A stretch of DNA of 64,000 nt from Camelus ferus. Lineage: Eukaryota. The stretch covers positions 63,924,001-63,988,000 of the forward strand of contig NC_045696.1 in the NCBI RefSeq assembly GCF_009834535.1. Reading direction: 5' to 3'. Below, in pieces: positions 40,101 through 51,928 of this stretch; within the stretch, counting starts at the first letter, position 1, and the number at the start of each line of letters is the position of its first letter. The translations under genes and the position numbers were made by a program. Below the pieces are notes generated by a model. It worked only from the letters and a program-made list of their open reading frames with translations, was not told where the DNA came from and did not search any database.

Positions 40101-41123
40101 TCTTTGTGACCCCTTTGTGACTCAGTTCCTACAGCTCCCAAGCAGGGGCAATAATATTACTCATCTCCATACTTCATAGAGATGTTGCAAGGAATAATGT
40201 TTGTAAGATGCTGTGGAGTTCTCAGATGAAAGGTGGAAATTAACACATGATGAAACATTACTACCACTTATCTTCACATCATCTAAATGGTTTAGGCAAG
40301 TGAAGTATCAGCATCCCCTTGGTCCCAGCAGAAACTGGTACTGCCATTATTTCCATTTAGCGTCTATTACAGACACCCAAAGAGGCTGCGAAGCGCTCAG
40401 GGCAGCAGACATGCTTCTGGGAGAAATGAAAGCAAGCCGAGGTACCAGGTCAGCAAAGATGTAGCTAATTTTTTGTTGTCTTTTTTTTCCCTTTCCGTTC
40501 TTATTTAAGATGGAGCACTTGAGAGGAAATGAGTGCGGAGAGAGAATCAGGGAAAGGCTGAAGCAACTTTTCCCCTTGGGCATTCCTCCCAATTCTAAGT
40601 TATCAATATATGTGTATCATTTGGAATCCCCAGAATTGGCTCATGTGCAGGTCCTCCACTGGGCCTTTGCTTTCAGTCTTCTTTGTCAATAATATTTTCT
40701 CTATTCATTTCCATTTATCTAGGCCAGCATAGAGCTCCCCACCTCCATGAAGCCTTCCTGGCCTAACTCCCTGCTTGAGCTCCCTCTGCCATGCCTCTGT
40801 AATTGGCACTTGTTTTGGAATTCATATTTTGGTGTTTGTCTCGCTTCCCTAATAGACTTAGCTCTTCCAGGATGTATTTTATTAATCTACATTCTTTGTC
40901 TAGTACAGGTCATGGGACACTGAAGGTAATCCAGTAAGTGCTAAATAAATGAGTGAACGAATGAATTCTGTCCACAAAATGTGAAGATTCGAGATCGGAG
41001 CACATCAAATCCACACCTGCTTCTCTCGCTGTGCCATGCCGCACCCTGTGAGGCACACAGAGTGTGGAATAGGAATTTCAAACAGGCAAAAGTAAGGGCA
41101 AGAGAGACTGATTTAAATAATAC

Positions 41124-41533
41124 ACTTTTAACTCTTTTCGGTAAATTCCAAGGAGCACAGTTGCTGAATGTTTAATTTTATGAGAAACTCCTGAACTGTC
41201 TTCCAAAGTGACTATACCTTTTTGCACTCCCATCAGCAGGGAGAGTTCCTGTTGCTTCACATCCTTGCTGGTATTTGGTGTTGTCAGTGTTTCAGATTTT
41301 GGCAATTTTATATAGGTGGATAGTGATATCTCATTGTTGTTTTCTTTTTCTTTCTTTCGATTGGGGGAAGTAATTAGGTTTTTATTTATTTATTTATTTT
41401 TAATGGTGATGCTGGGGATTGAACCCAGGACCTCATGCCTGCTAAGCATGCACTCTACCACTGAGCTATTTACCTTCCATCTCATTGTTGTTTTAATTTG
41501 AAGTTCCCTAATGACATAATCAAATGAGTTGAT
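41124..41533 (-). mobile_element. Inverted 5' segment of an L1MC1-like element (end of ORF2), interrupted by a SINE
   Basis: Reverse complement reads atgtcattagggaac...aacaatgagat...aacactgacaacaccaaat...ctccttggaatttaccgaaaagagttaaaagt. Confidence 0.85.
41344..41478 (-). mobile_element. tRNA-Ala-derived camelid SINE (Vic-1 type)
   Basis: A/B-box head (tagctcagtggtagag / gggttcaatccc), aaacctaattacttcccc tail, 16-bp TSD ATCTCATTGTTGTTTT (41328-41343 and 41479-41494). Confidence 0.92.
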
Positions 41534-41622
41534 TATAAATAACAAAACCAAAAGATATTTACTTAAAATGTTTTCTTGGTTAATTGCTTGAGCCTTGACT
41601 ATTAAATTCTTGGTTCCTAAAC

Positions 41623-42260
41623 ATATGTCTGCACAAAATCAGGACATGCATGTTTACAGCCATCTTTTTCATAATGGCCAAAACTTGGAAGCAATCAATA
41701 TGTCCTTCAGTAGGTGAATGGGTAAATAAACTGTGGTACGTTCAGGCAATGGAATATCATTGAGCTCTAAAAAGCACTGAGCTATCAAGCCAGAAAAAGA
41801 CATGGAGGAAACTTAAATGCAACTTACCAAGTGAAAGAAGTCAATCTGAAAAGGCAACACATTGTGTGATTCCAACTACTTAACATTCTAAAAGGCAGAA
41901 CTATGGAGATAGTAAAAGAATCAGTGGTTGTCAGGGCTCATGGGAGAGTTAGGGATGGACAGAGGAAGCAGAGAGAATTCTTAGGGCAGTGAAACTAATA
42001 TCCACGATACTATAATGGAGGATACATGTCATTATACATTTGTTAAAACCCATAGGATATGTAACGCCAAAAGTGAACTCTAATGTAAACCATGGACTTT
42101 GAGCAAAAATGATGTGCCAGTGATTATAACAAATGTATCATTCGGATGGGGGATGCTAACGTGGGGAAGGATGTGTATTTGCAGAGGAAAATCTCTGTAC
42201 ATTTTGCTCAATTTTGGTGTGAACCAAAAACTGCTCCAAAAAAAAAGTCTATTAAAATTT
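41623..42260 (+). mobile_element. L1MC1-like 3' UTR with A-rich tail
   Basis: gagctatcaagcc...gacatggaggaaacttaaatgc...gatacatgtcattatacatttg...gaaccaaaaactgctcc...aaagtctattaaaa. Confidence 0.9.
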
Positions 42261-43984
42261 ATTTTATATTAAAATTTATTTAATAAATAATAACTTTCAA
42301 ACAATGTTCTAAAAGGAAATACGAGGTTTAACTTAGAGGGTTCAAGAAATTGTCCATTTACATATAATACTGTCTACAAAGACTGAATTACTTTAGAACC
42401 TGCTTAGGCAATGATTTCTACAATATTTAAGCATGGGCTGATCAAGAAAAATATTTATACTTATGATATCAGTTTGCCTTCACTGACATCATTACTTGTA
42501 CTGAGCCCAGACTCAAGCTTCAAATTCAAGACTTCCATATAATGGCCTTGATCTCTCTTGTCTGCCATCTCTCGCTCCCTTTTTCTTCCTTCACACCCAC
42601 CCCGGCTGCAGCAAAGAGGAAGGACTTTGGACAAGTCTGCGCGTTTCTTCTTTTGGCGGCTCTCTTGCCTCAAATGCTCTTTCCTATGGCTCCACTCTCG
42701 GTCTAGGGCCCAGCAACTCCACCTATGAAGACTTTGCTGTCTGCTTTCAAGGCCCTTCCCAAATGTTTCCTCCACAAAGAGGCTCTCCTGGTCATATACA
42801 TGCAACATCCCTCGCAGAGCACTCTGGATATGCCAAATAAACCTGCAGAAGCCGTTCGCCTAACAACTAGGACTACAGATTGGGAGAGCGGCATTGCCTT
42901 GTCCAAATGCCCACTCTTCACTAAGTACTTCTGTGCCTGTGTCTGCTCAGTGGGCGTGACCATAACAGTACTGACTATAGAGACCCTGGTGAGTATTGTG
43001 AATGGTGAGTATAAAATGCTTAGAATAGCGCCTGACGGATGGAAGTGTTTCGTAAACATCCCGTTTCCTTTTCCATGGAATCTAGTACTGTTTCTGGAGA
43101 TACTCATGCTGGCGGAACAACGGTGCTAAACCAGGGAGAGCGCGGCGCACAAGTCACGTGGCTGCAGAGGCGCTCGCACACTGTACCATGAGAACGTCTT
43201 GAGGGATGTGAGGAAACTCGTTACTTCAAAGTCCTCAGTTTTCCTGGGCTATGTTGTCGAAATGGTTTTCTAGGGCCTCCTGGTTTTCACAAAAGTCTTT
43301 TAGGTTCTTAGGGACTTATTTTGCTATTCCAATTTGGCTTTAAAATTGTTAGGGCATAACCAGATCTGTTTTATGAGGTACGTTCGTGCGCAGTTTTTCT
43401 GTAAAACTCTTAGTCAGTTACGCACTCATCTTAACCCCCACAGTGGTGCATGGATTGTCAAGTGTGTTCAGGAACCCAGCCAGAAGGAAACAGTGCAAGG
43501 ATTGCCAGCTGTAGACAATAGAATGAAACACTTCCTTGTCACCTGCCCACTAGCACTGGCATAGTTTTACCACTTCACATATGAATATTGCTCAACCCTC
43601 ATCATTCCAGATAACATTTAAAATCTTATTTTATTATTTTCCCTCTTAAATATTTAAATGATTGCCTGCTAGAACTCTTAAAATGTTCACTTATTTTTTT
43701 GATATGAGTTTTTATTGAGATATAATTCACATTCATAAGATCTACCCTTTAAAAGGTAAACAATTCAGCGAGTTTTAGTATATTCACCAAGTTGTTCTCC
43801 CCTAACCACTATCTAATTCCAGGACATTTTCATTTCCCTAAAAAGAAATCCCATATTCCTCATATTTTGATATTGTGATAAAATGTTTTATTTGGTTAAA
43901 TTGTGCTCATAATTTTTAGAAATTCAGAGAACTACATGTATGGATGGATGTGTATATGTGTAAATTAATATCATAATAGCTTAC

Positions 43985-44134
43985 CTTTTGTTTTGTTTTG
44001 TTTTGTTTTGTTTTGTTTTGTGGGGGGAAGTAATTAGGTTTATTTTAAATTTTTTTTAACAGAGGTACTGGGGATTGAACCCAGAACTTCGTGCATGCTA
44101 AGCATGTACTCTAACACTGAGCTATACCCTCTCC
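43985..44134 (-). mobile_element. tRNA-Ala-derived camelid SINE with (CAAAA)n tail
   Basis: Same head and tail as 41344-41478; 13-bp TSD CATAATAGCTTAC (43972-43984 and 44135-44147). Confidence 0.92.
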
Positions 44135-44354
44135 CATAATAGCTTACTTTTTTATGTTTATCTCATTTATACTTTACTGTTTGCTCAATCTTTTATACAT
44201 ACGCACACTTCAGTCTTGGTCTTGTTAGAGTTTTTCATGTGAGGTTAGTGATACCAGCACCAACAGGTATGCAAAGTTTAAAGAGAGTGAGTGGACACAG
44301 TGAAGGTGAAAATAACTCTCCTTTACAGAACAGACCCTGTTTCCCAGGGACTTA

Positions 44355-44540
44355 CCCCTCATAACAACAGTTCTAGGAGGTAAGTTCTATTATCATCATC
44401 TTTATTTTACACGTGAGCAGATGGAACCTTCTGGAGCTTATGAAACTTGTTATCCCAAGGTAACATAATTAGGAAAGACAAATTTGAACCCAGGACCTCC
44501 AAATCCAGAGCACATGTCCTTAATCACTGCACTCTACTGC
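44355..44540 (-). mobile_element. MIR SINE
   Basis: cctcataacaac...gaggtaag...atttgaacccagg...tccagagc...cttaatcactgc. Confidence 0.7.
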
Positions 44541-45590
44541 CTGCTGTTAAACTGAACCTTTAGTTTGATTACTCCAACAGCCCTTGGTTGGTGCTGCATA
44601 ACACGCTTTCCCAAGTCTTCCTTCAGTTCCTCCGATTACCAAATGAGAACAACCAGCTCTTGCAGCTAAAATGATCACCCAGTGAGGCTGGCACAGATGA
44701 ACGGCTGGATTCTGGGGTTTTTTTTTTTCCCCTTTAGAGCCCACATGGATGCGTGTTCCCCTCCATCACACTGGGACTTTTAAGAGTTATCTTAGACTTC
44801 TGTTCCAGTTCTCATAGTAACTAACCGCTTTTTATCATATTTGTTGGCATATTTAAATCCCTACAGCAGTCTGAGGGTAGCAAATATGAATTGATTTACA
44901 TATGTAGTCCCTGCACTCAAATAATGTGTATTGAATATACATGTGAAAAAATTTCAGAATGAGTCTTTCCGTGTAGTCACTTGACTATTTTATTTCTAGA
45001 CTTCCTTGAGAGTTTAGCCACTAACATTTTAGTGAGAGGAGACTACACAGAAGTTTGATTATACCTTTGTTCTTTTTCTGTAAGTTTCTTAACAAAGTAA
45101 ACTCAATACCACATTCACATTAAGTGGAATGTTTTTTGCATACACACAAAAATGTGATTTCAAATACCTTTTGAAGAGGATTAGCCATAATTTGTACCTT
45201 TTGTAAGCAAAATGAATGAGGATCCTATTACACGCCGATGGATTAGGGTTTTCATTAATCAAGTAAAGTCTGCAGCTCTGTTAGCTTCCCTCCCACCCCA
45301 ATTCTGTAGCCCCTGGGAATAAAGTGGTGACTGGGAGTCCTCGCGCCTGCTCCCCACTTCTCGGAAAGGTCCTGCCAACTCTGCATTGTCTTGCTGGATT
45401 TGCAGTCAGATGTCTTATGCTGGCAGGCACTGTGCAGGCAATGAGTTCTTTCCCTGTAAGTTGGGCACAAAAAGATCAGCATGGGAGCAGCCTCCTTTGG
45501 GACAGCTGCTCAGGGAGAATTCAGCAAGTCAGGAGCCGGCAGTAATTACTCTGAACAGAGTGGCTCGTGGGAGGAGTTCGGCTTGCTAAG

Positions 45591-45597
45591 TATTTAA
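45591..45597 (+). promoter_or_regulatory. TATA-like element of the ATP13A4 proximal promoter
   Basis: TATTTAA about 170 nt upstream of the ATG, in a region that is not a CpG island. Confidence 0.45.
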
Positions 45598-45763
45598 GTA
45601 CTGTCATTTGCTGAGGGAAGGTGTGCACTCCAGAAGGAGTTTAACCTGGAGAATCTTGAACTCTTTCAGTCAGCTGGCGAAGGGTGGTGGCTCGGCAAGT
45701 TCAAGTTCGTCCTGGACGCATCTTCTGCTTGGGAAGGTCAGGGAGGAGTGGAATTACTTTTCC

Positions 45764-45826
45764 ATGGGGGACCAGTTTGAGAAGGGCCAGCAAGCTTTGC
45801 TCAATGAAGGAGAAGAGAATGAGATG
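45764..45826 (+). CDS. ATP13A4: ATP13A4 first coding exon (63 nt), P5B-type ATPase (polyamine transporter family)
   Basis: tccATGG start; MGDQFEKGQQALLNEGEENEM then donor GTAAGA; matches the recalled ATP13A4 N-terminus (human MGHFEKGQHALLNEGEENEM) and the known head-to-head synteny with OPA1. Exon 2 was not found in the window. Confidence 0.93.
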
Positions 45827-45883
45827 GTAAGATTCCTGCCACATCCCCCCTATTCCCCATCCCCACTCCCCACCTCCAACACT

Positions 45884-45932
45884 GTCTCTCTCTCACACAC
45901 ACACACACACACATACTCAGACACACACTCAC
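45884..45932. repeat. (CT)n(CA)n compound microsatellite just downstream of the ATP13A4 exon 1 donor
   Basis: tctctctctcacacacacacacacacacatactcagacacacactcac. Confidence 0.9.
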
Positions 45933-47617
45933 ATGCTTCTTTGCGATTTGATTCTGGTATGCCGTGAGCAAAGGTAATGTTCAAGACATCTCTTTCCCAT
46001 AAATATAATCTCTGACAGCAGAAGTTTGCTAGGATGAGAATACTGTATTCATTTTATCAAGAATGTTTTCTTTTTAAGTAAAATCGAAAGGGAGAAGAGT
46101 ACAATGCCACTTTATGATTTGTTTTTGAGCCTCACCAGTATAGCAAGTTCTGTTCAAAACTTCTAATAATTTCAGCAAATCCCTGATGCTGGGAGCAGTG
46201 TATTCCCTGATTAGAGGAAGAGGAACAGCTACAGCGAAGCAGGAGGGCAGCCAGGGTCCTGACCTTCTCTGCTCACATATCTGTGTTCACAAAGACTGTT
46301 GGGCAGGGGAAACATATGAAATATTAACAATTATCAGCTTACACTCATTTTCTGTTTACTTCTAGAATGTTACTTGTAATTCCCTGTGTAGATTGCTTAC
46401 AGACAACTTTCTGGAGTTCACTCTTTTATTTTAGATGTGTTCCCATTTGGGAAACTACAGGAAAATCAAAGATGATTCCTATGCTCTTGCTGAAATTAAA
46501 GCTGTATTTCTCAATTACAATATAATCAAGAGAGAGTTAGAAATGTGTACTTTCTCTTAATAAGGCCGTTCTGCTAATTGTGTAAGCATAGTCTTTTATG
46601 CCAGTAATGGTGTAATTAAAATGTTAAAATGCGATGTTCTCATTCTCCAACAGCATTTTTATCTTCCTGGAATTAATATATAAATAACCAACCCAAAAGA
46701 TATTTACTTAAAGTGTTTTCTTGGTTAATTGCTTTAGCCCTGACTATTAAATTCTTGGTTCCTAAACTGGTCTTTCAGGTCTAATCTGCTTACCTGTTCC
46801 TATAGCAACAACATTTTTTTGACCTTCAAGAGTAGATCCCTCCGCTATCAAAGCTGAAAAAATTATAGGGAAATAAAAGGCATCCAAGCTTACATGCTTT
46901 CTTAACTATCTCCTTACTTCTTTCCAATTTGACCACCAAATGACTTTAGCCTCTACACAGGTGTCACCAGAAATGACCTTCTGAGCCATGTTGGCGATCA
47001 TCCTTATTTCTCCAGAGTGTTTTCTCTATATTAAGAGAATTCTCTGTGTTAAGTTGAAAATTTGATATTCATCTTGAATATTCTTCACCAGAAGGCAAGG
47101 TCTCCTTCCTTCTAATGGTTTTTTAAATTCTCTATCAAATCCTCAGATGGAAATACATCCGTTTCCTGTCTACTTATTTCTGCTCTGCCACAATTTGTCA
47201 TGAAGAATCATCTACTTGCTAGTTCCTAGCACCAGGGAAACCACTGTCCCTTCTTTAGCCTATATACTGGAGTGAAGCAATTTTGTTACTAGTTCGTCTT
47301 CATAATAGCACCACCCAATCAAGCCACCAGGGAGTCAGCTTAGCTTTGCATGCAGCTGAAATCCCAGCTAGGAGAGGGCCTTTGACACGGGGAGGGACGC
47401 TGTGTTTTCTGGAGAGGAGTCATTTGGCTGGTGGCCTCAGAGGAGGTGCAGCAATTAATATGCACTCTTGAGCTCTGCCTCCTGCTCTGCCTGGAGAACC
47501 TGGCCACCTGCCTGCTGTTGTGACTGACACTGTCCCTTTTAAACTTATTTCTCCATTCCCTTCACCCAGAGCAGTAAACTTCAAAAATTATCAACATATC
47601 TTCAATGTATGCCACTT

Positions 47618-47772
47618 ATTTTTTTTAATGTTTATTTATTTATTTTCTTGGAGTATAGTTGCTTTACAATGTTGTGTTAATTTCTCGTGTACAGCATAGT
47701 GATTCAATTACATATGTAGTCCTTGTCATACTCTTTTTCATTACAGGCCATTACAAACTGTTGAGTATAGTT
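47618..47772 (-). mobile_element. Short artiodactyl L1 3' end
   Basis: T-rich tail followed by ggagtatagttgctttacaatgttgtgttaatttc...gtacagcatagtgattca. Confidence 0.8.
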
Positions 47773-48589
47773 TATGGTGATTTTTAGTTTATGAAATAGT
47801 TTCTTGGCCACTAGCTAATTTAGTTTTTGCTACACTTTGTGGGGTAAGTGCCAGGATTCCCACTTTAAAGAGGAGGAAACTGATGCCCTGAGAATTTGCT
47901 TGTCTAAGGTTACATCAGCCAATAACCAGGAGCTGAGACCCCACATAGGTTAGTTTAGGTTGGTAGACCCGAACATAGCCCATTCATAGCTTTTTAGGTT
48001 CTCCCAGAAGACATTGCACTCTTCAAAGGAGAACAAACTTCCTGCCTGAATAAAACAAAGCTTAGTAGCATCTGATCTTACATTCCCCAGGATTCATTTT
48101 TATATATGATTTGTTAGTTCCTGAGTTAGTATGTTTCCTTTGACCTCAATATTAATCCTATTTAGAAAATTAAGATTATCTAGAAATGTGTCACATCAAA
48201 GTATATAGTTTCTCATTTTCTAATATACACTGGTCATTGCTTTGATGATAGACATGACTGCAAATTTCAAGAGAAAACAGGGTCTAGTCCTCATGTCAAA
48301 TAAAGAAGAATGGATTATTTCCAGACCTAATGATGCCTATGACTGTCTTCCCTTCTAGAATTAATAAAACAGGAACTGAAGAGCAATGCTAGGTGACCTG
48401 AAAGTAATATCCTCAAGTGAAAAATGAGACAGGAGCCAATGAAAGAAAGGACTTGTTAAAAGAACAAGGCAGGAAAGGGGAGACAGTGACCTTCAGAGAA
48501 GGCTCATCCAGATGAATACCTCAGAAAGGACCCACAGAGGAAACTGACTCCCAGACAGCACCGTAATGGGACCAGAGGCATGGCTCTCA

Positions 48590-48750
48590 CCAGCTCTGGG
48601 CTAGCCACTCTCTTGCTGTAGCCTCAGTTTTTGTATCTGTAAAATGGGAGTAGTCTTTACCTTACCTGTCTCACAGGGCTCTTATGAGGATCAACTAAGC
48701 CAGTCTATGTGGAAGTGTTTTAAGAAGTGCAAAATTCTGGAGAAGTGTAA
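48590..48750 (+). mobile_element. MIR SINE
   Basis: gcctcagtttttgtatctgtaaaatgggag...tcacagggctcttatgaggatc. Confidence 0.7.
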
Positions 48751-48879
48751 GCTGATATTATCTATACAATGATAGGAGGAATCAGGGCTTCAGCAATTAA
48801 TGAGTTAAATACAGATTACCCTCCCCCCCAATAAGGTTACCTCTTCTCATTAAATAATAACAAGTGAGGAATCTATACT

Positions 48880-49008
48880 TTAAAAAAATGATACTTTTAT
48901 TTGCCTATGTAATTAACTTTTTGTTTTTAATGGAGGTACTGGAAATTGAACCCAGGACCTCATGCATGCTAAGCACACGGTCTACCACTGAGCCGTACCC
49001 CCACCCCC
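48880..49008 (-). mobile_element. tRNA-Ala-derived camelid SINE
   Basis: atggaggtactggaaattgaacccaggacctcatgcatgctaagcacacggtctaccactgagc. Confidence 0.88.
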
Positions 49009-50352
49009 AGGGAATACATATGTTTGTTCACAAGCTATAGAGGCCATTTATAAGCAGAGAGGAGCTGAGTTACTTCATAACCTGCCTCATAGTGCTTACT
49101 TTGGAAAACACCTACCAATCTTGGGACTCAGTTTCCTTATTTGTGTTGGAATGAGTTGGAATCTCAAATTCCTTTGAATTCTGCTGTTACATATTTATAC
49201 TTTGCAAGGCCTCAGAAACATCAAGTGCTCACTTGCTTATACCATGACCAAACAAAGATATGATTTAATTGATGCAAACCTTAGTATCACTATCTTTAGT
49301 TACACTCTAATGAAATCACCCTCCTTTTGAGGAAGTGTAGTGTTCCAGCGAGACTTGTCTTAAAAGTTGTGTTCCCTGCCTTTTTTTTTCTTTCCTAGAT
49401 TTTAGCAAATAAGAAAGGGGAAAAAAAAAAAAAACCACCTTGAATATTTTTCTGATTATAAAGGTAGAATATGTTTATTGTAAAAATATTGAAATGACAT
49501 ATAAAGGTTTAAAGAATGAAGTAAATATGATTCATGAACGTTCTACCTAGACATGATCAATATTATTATATTGGTGACTCTCCTTCTAGATTTATAAAAA
49601 CTGCATACACAAAATTCACCACTTTGTAATACTTTACTACATTTTAATATTATTGATAAACTGGTGATTACCTATATCTCTTGTATCCGTATCATGGAAA
49701 CACTACATAATGATATGCTATTGTACATCTCTTCCTAACTCTGCATTCAGTGATGTCACATTAGTAGCTTGAAATGAGCAATATTGGGAGTATTTACGCC
49801 ATAAAAGTCAGTAGATGCTACGCAGAACTTCCACCTGCCCCACCTGAAGGCCAGTTGTTAAAAATACATCAGCACACCACAGAACATATTATTCTCTTTG
49901 CCCTCCCCACCACATTTCCAAATACAATAAGGGTATTGTATTTGAATAGCACCCATTTATTTGCACTACACACCATTCCGAAACAAAATAAAATCAAATA
50001 AAATCAATCACAATCTATTCTTAAAAGAATTCACACACATACCCACAAATAAGTATTTTTTTTAAAGTAAAAAATGGAGCCATTCCATTTACACTCTTTT
50101 TTAAAGCTGGCCTTTTCATTACACTTAAAATATATTATGGATATTTTTTCCTTTTTGATATTTATAGCTACACATAACGTTTAAATGGTGTTTGGATGGA
50201 CTATGCTAGATTAAGCAAATCTTTCATGTTGCACGCTTCTGTTATTTCTAAATTTTTTTGGCAGTGATGGACCCCTTTGTACATGTATTTTTACGTATTT
50301 ATCAGATCATTTCTTTAGGATAAAATCCTTGAAATAGCTCTGCTACATTAAA

Positions 50353-50449
50353 GGGGATGGATATAGCTCAGTGGTTGAGCGCATGTTTAGCATACATGAG
50401 GTCCTGCGTTTGATCCTCAGTACCTCCGTTAAAAAATAATAATAAAAAA
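50353..50449 (+). mobile_element. Short tRNA-Ala-derived SINE copy (head plus A-rich tail) inside an old L1 remnant
   Basis: ggatatagctcagtggttgagcgcatgtttagcatacatgaggtcctgcgtttgatcctcagtacctcc plus A-tail; 11-bp TSD TAAAGGGGATG (50349-50359 and 50450-50460), whose left copy overlaps the SINE head. Confidence 0.9.
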
Positions 50450-51764
50450 TAAAGGGGATGTGTGTTTTAAATTTTTATTGATACTTAATGCTAAATTGGC
50501 ATCCATAAGATTGTGATTGTACCAGTTAATACTCTGACTAGCAATCTTTTCTGTGAATATTTGATTTCTCCACCGTACTTGCCAATGCTGAGTGTCATCA
50601 ATCTTTTTAACTTTGGCTCAACTGGAATGTGAAAATGATACTTTATGATGATAGCTGTGTTATTTTTGCATTTCCTTGATTTGAAGTTGAACACATCTCT
50701 ATATGTTCATAAGCATCTTTTCTGACTCGAATATCTTAATGTCATCACCGATGTGATATCAACTAGTAGACTGGGGAGCTAAAACCCAGTGCATGTGGAA
50801 AAGCAAGAAGAACTCTTTGAAATTCCAAGTCATTTGTGAGAACAGCAAGTAGTTAGTACAACGGGCACATAATGTGGCAGCCAGATGGTGTGGGGTCCTT
50901 GCCACATCGGCAGTCCTGCCGTGCCTTCACCACGAGCTGGGGCATCTGTCCTCCGCGATGATCTGGCTCACTTTGATAGCTGATGTCCGCCTTTTCTTCC
51001 CCCACCTCCCCCCACCGCTATAGCCACTTATTTATTATGCTCCGCGAGCACCTCCGAGTTGGTTGCCAATGTTAACTAGTGAACCCACAGATCTCATAGT
51101 GGAGGAATTGTGTTCGGACTGAGACATTTTGCCAGTTGAACTGTTCAGGAAGCTGGGCTACTGGCCAAGTCTGGTGTCTTTATTCTTGATTCATTGCTGC
51201 AGAACTCCCATGAAGTCAACTCATCTCTGATAGAAACTTATGAAGAGTAAGTCTTAATTACTTCTTGAGAACAGGGACCCTGCTTGGTTCACCTTCTATG
51301 GCCTCCTTCTTCCCTTTCCTCCCCATCCCCAGGATTTAGCACAGTCCTTGGCATACTCAGGACATATTTAATGGCACAATTACAAGCTCCCTTAACCTGA
51401 AATTTTGCATTCTCGGAAGAACAGGCAGGCAGCAGGACTCAAAGGGAGAAACCATTTGAGTCATTTAAAGAGAAACCTAGGATATTTTTGTGTTATTTTG
51501 GGGGGATTGTCAATCATCTTGTGAGTTTATCAGTTGACTGCTCTCTTCCTGAAGCATAAACAAAGCTTATTCATCTGAGTTAATTAGCTAAACTACAATA
51601 TTTTTCTAAGAGATACCTTATTCTACCCTTTCATCCGTTCATGTATAAACTCAACAAATATTTACCAAACCCCTACTCTATGCCAGGAATCCTCTGTGCT
51701 CACCAAAGAGGATTTTGAGTGAATAGCAAACAGTTTCTGTTTTCAAGGCATTCACAGTTGAGTG

Positions 51765-51928
51765 GGCAGGACCAAGTACATAATTTGAGGAGCCCAGTGC
51801 AAATTGAAAATGAGATGGCCTTGGTTCAACAAGTATTAAGAACTTCAGGATAGCTCTCGCAGAGCGTCCTTCCAAGAGCAGGGCCTTATATGGCTGCACA
51901 AGTCACCTGCTCATGAAGCTGGTCCTAC
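51765..51928 (+). mobile_element. hAT-Tip100 (MER91-like) DNA transposon
   Basis: tacataatttgaggagcccagtgcaaattgaaaatg...ctgcacaagtcacctgctcatgaagctggtcct. Confidence 0.65.

Noticed and set aside
45608..45763. In-frame N-terminal extension of ATP13A4 in the ORF track
   Set aside because: It begins at TTG near or upstream of the presumed TSS. The ATG at 45764 matches the known N-terminus.
50353..50428. Apparent tRNA-Ala(AGC) gene
   Set aside because: Degenerate B-box and acceptor stem, with an A-rich tail and TSD: it is a SINE copy.
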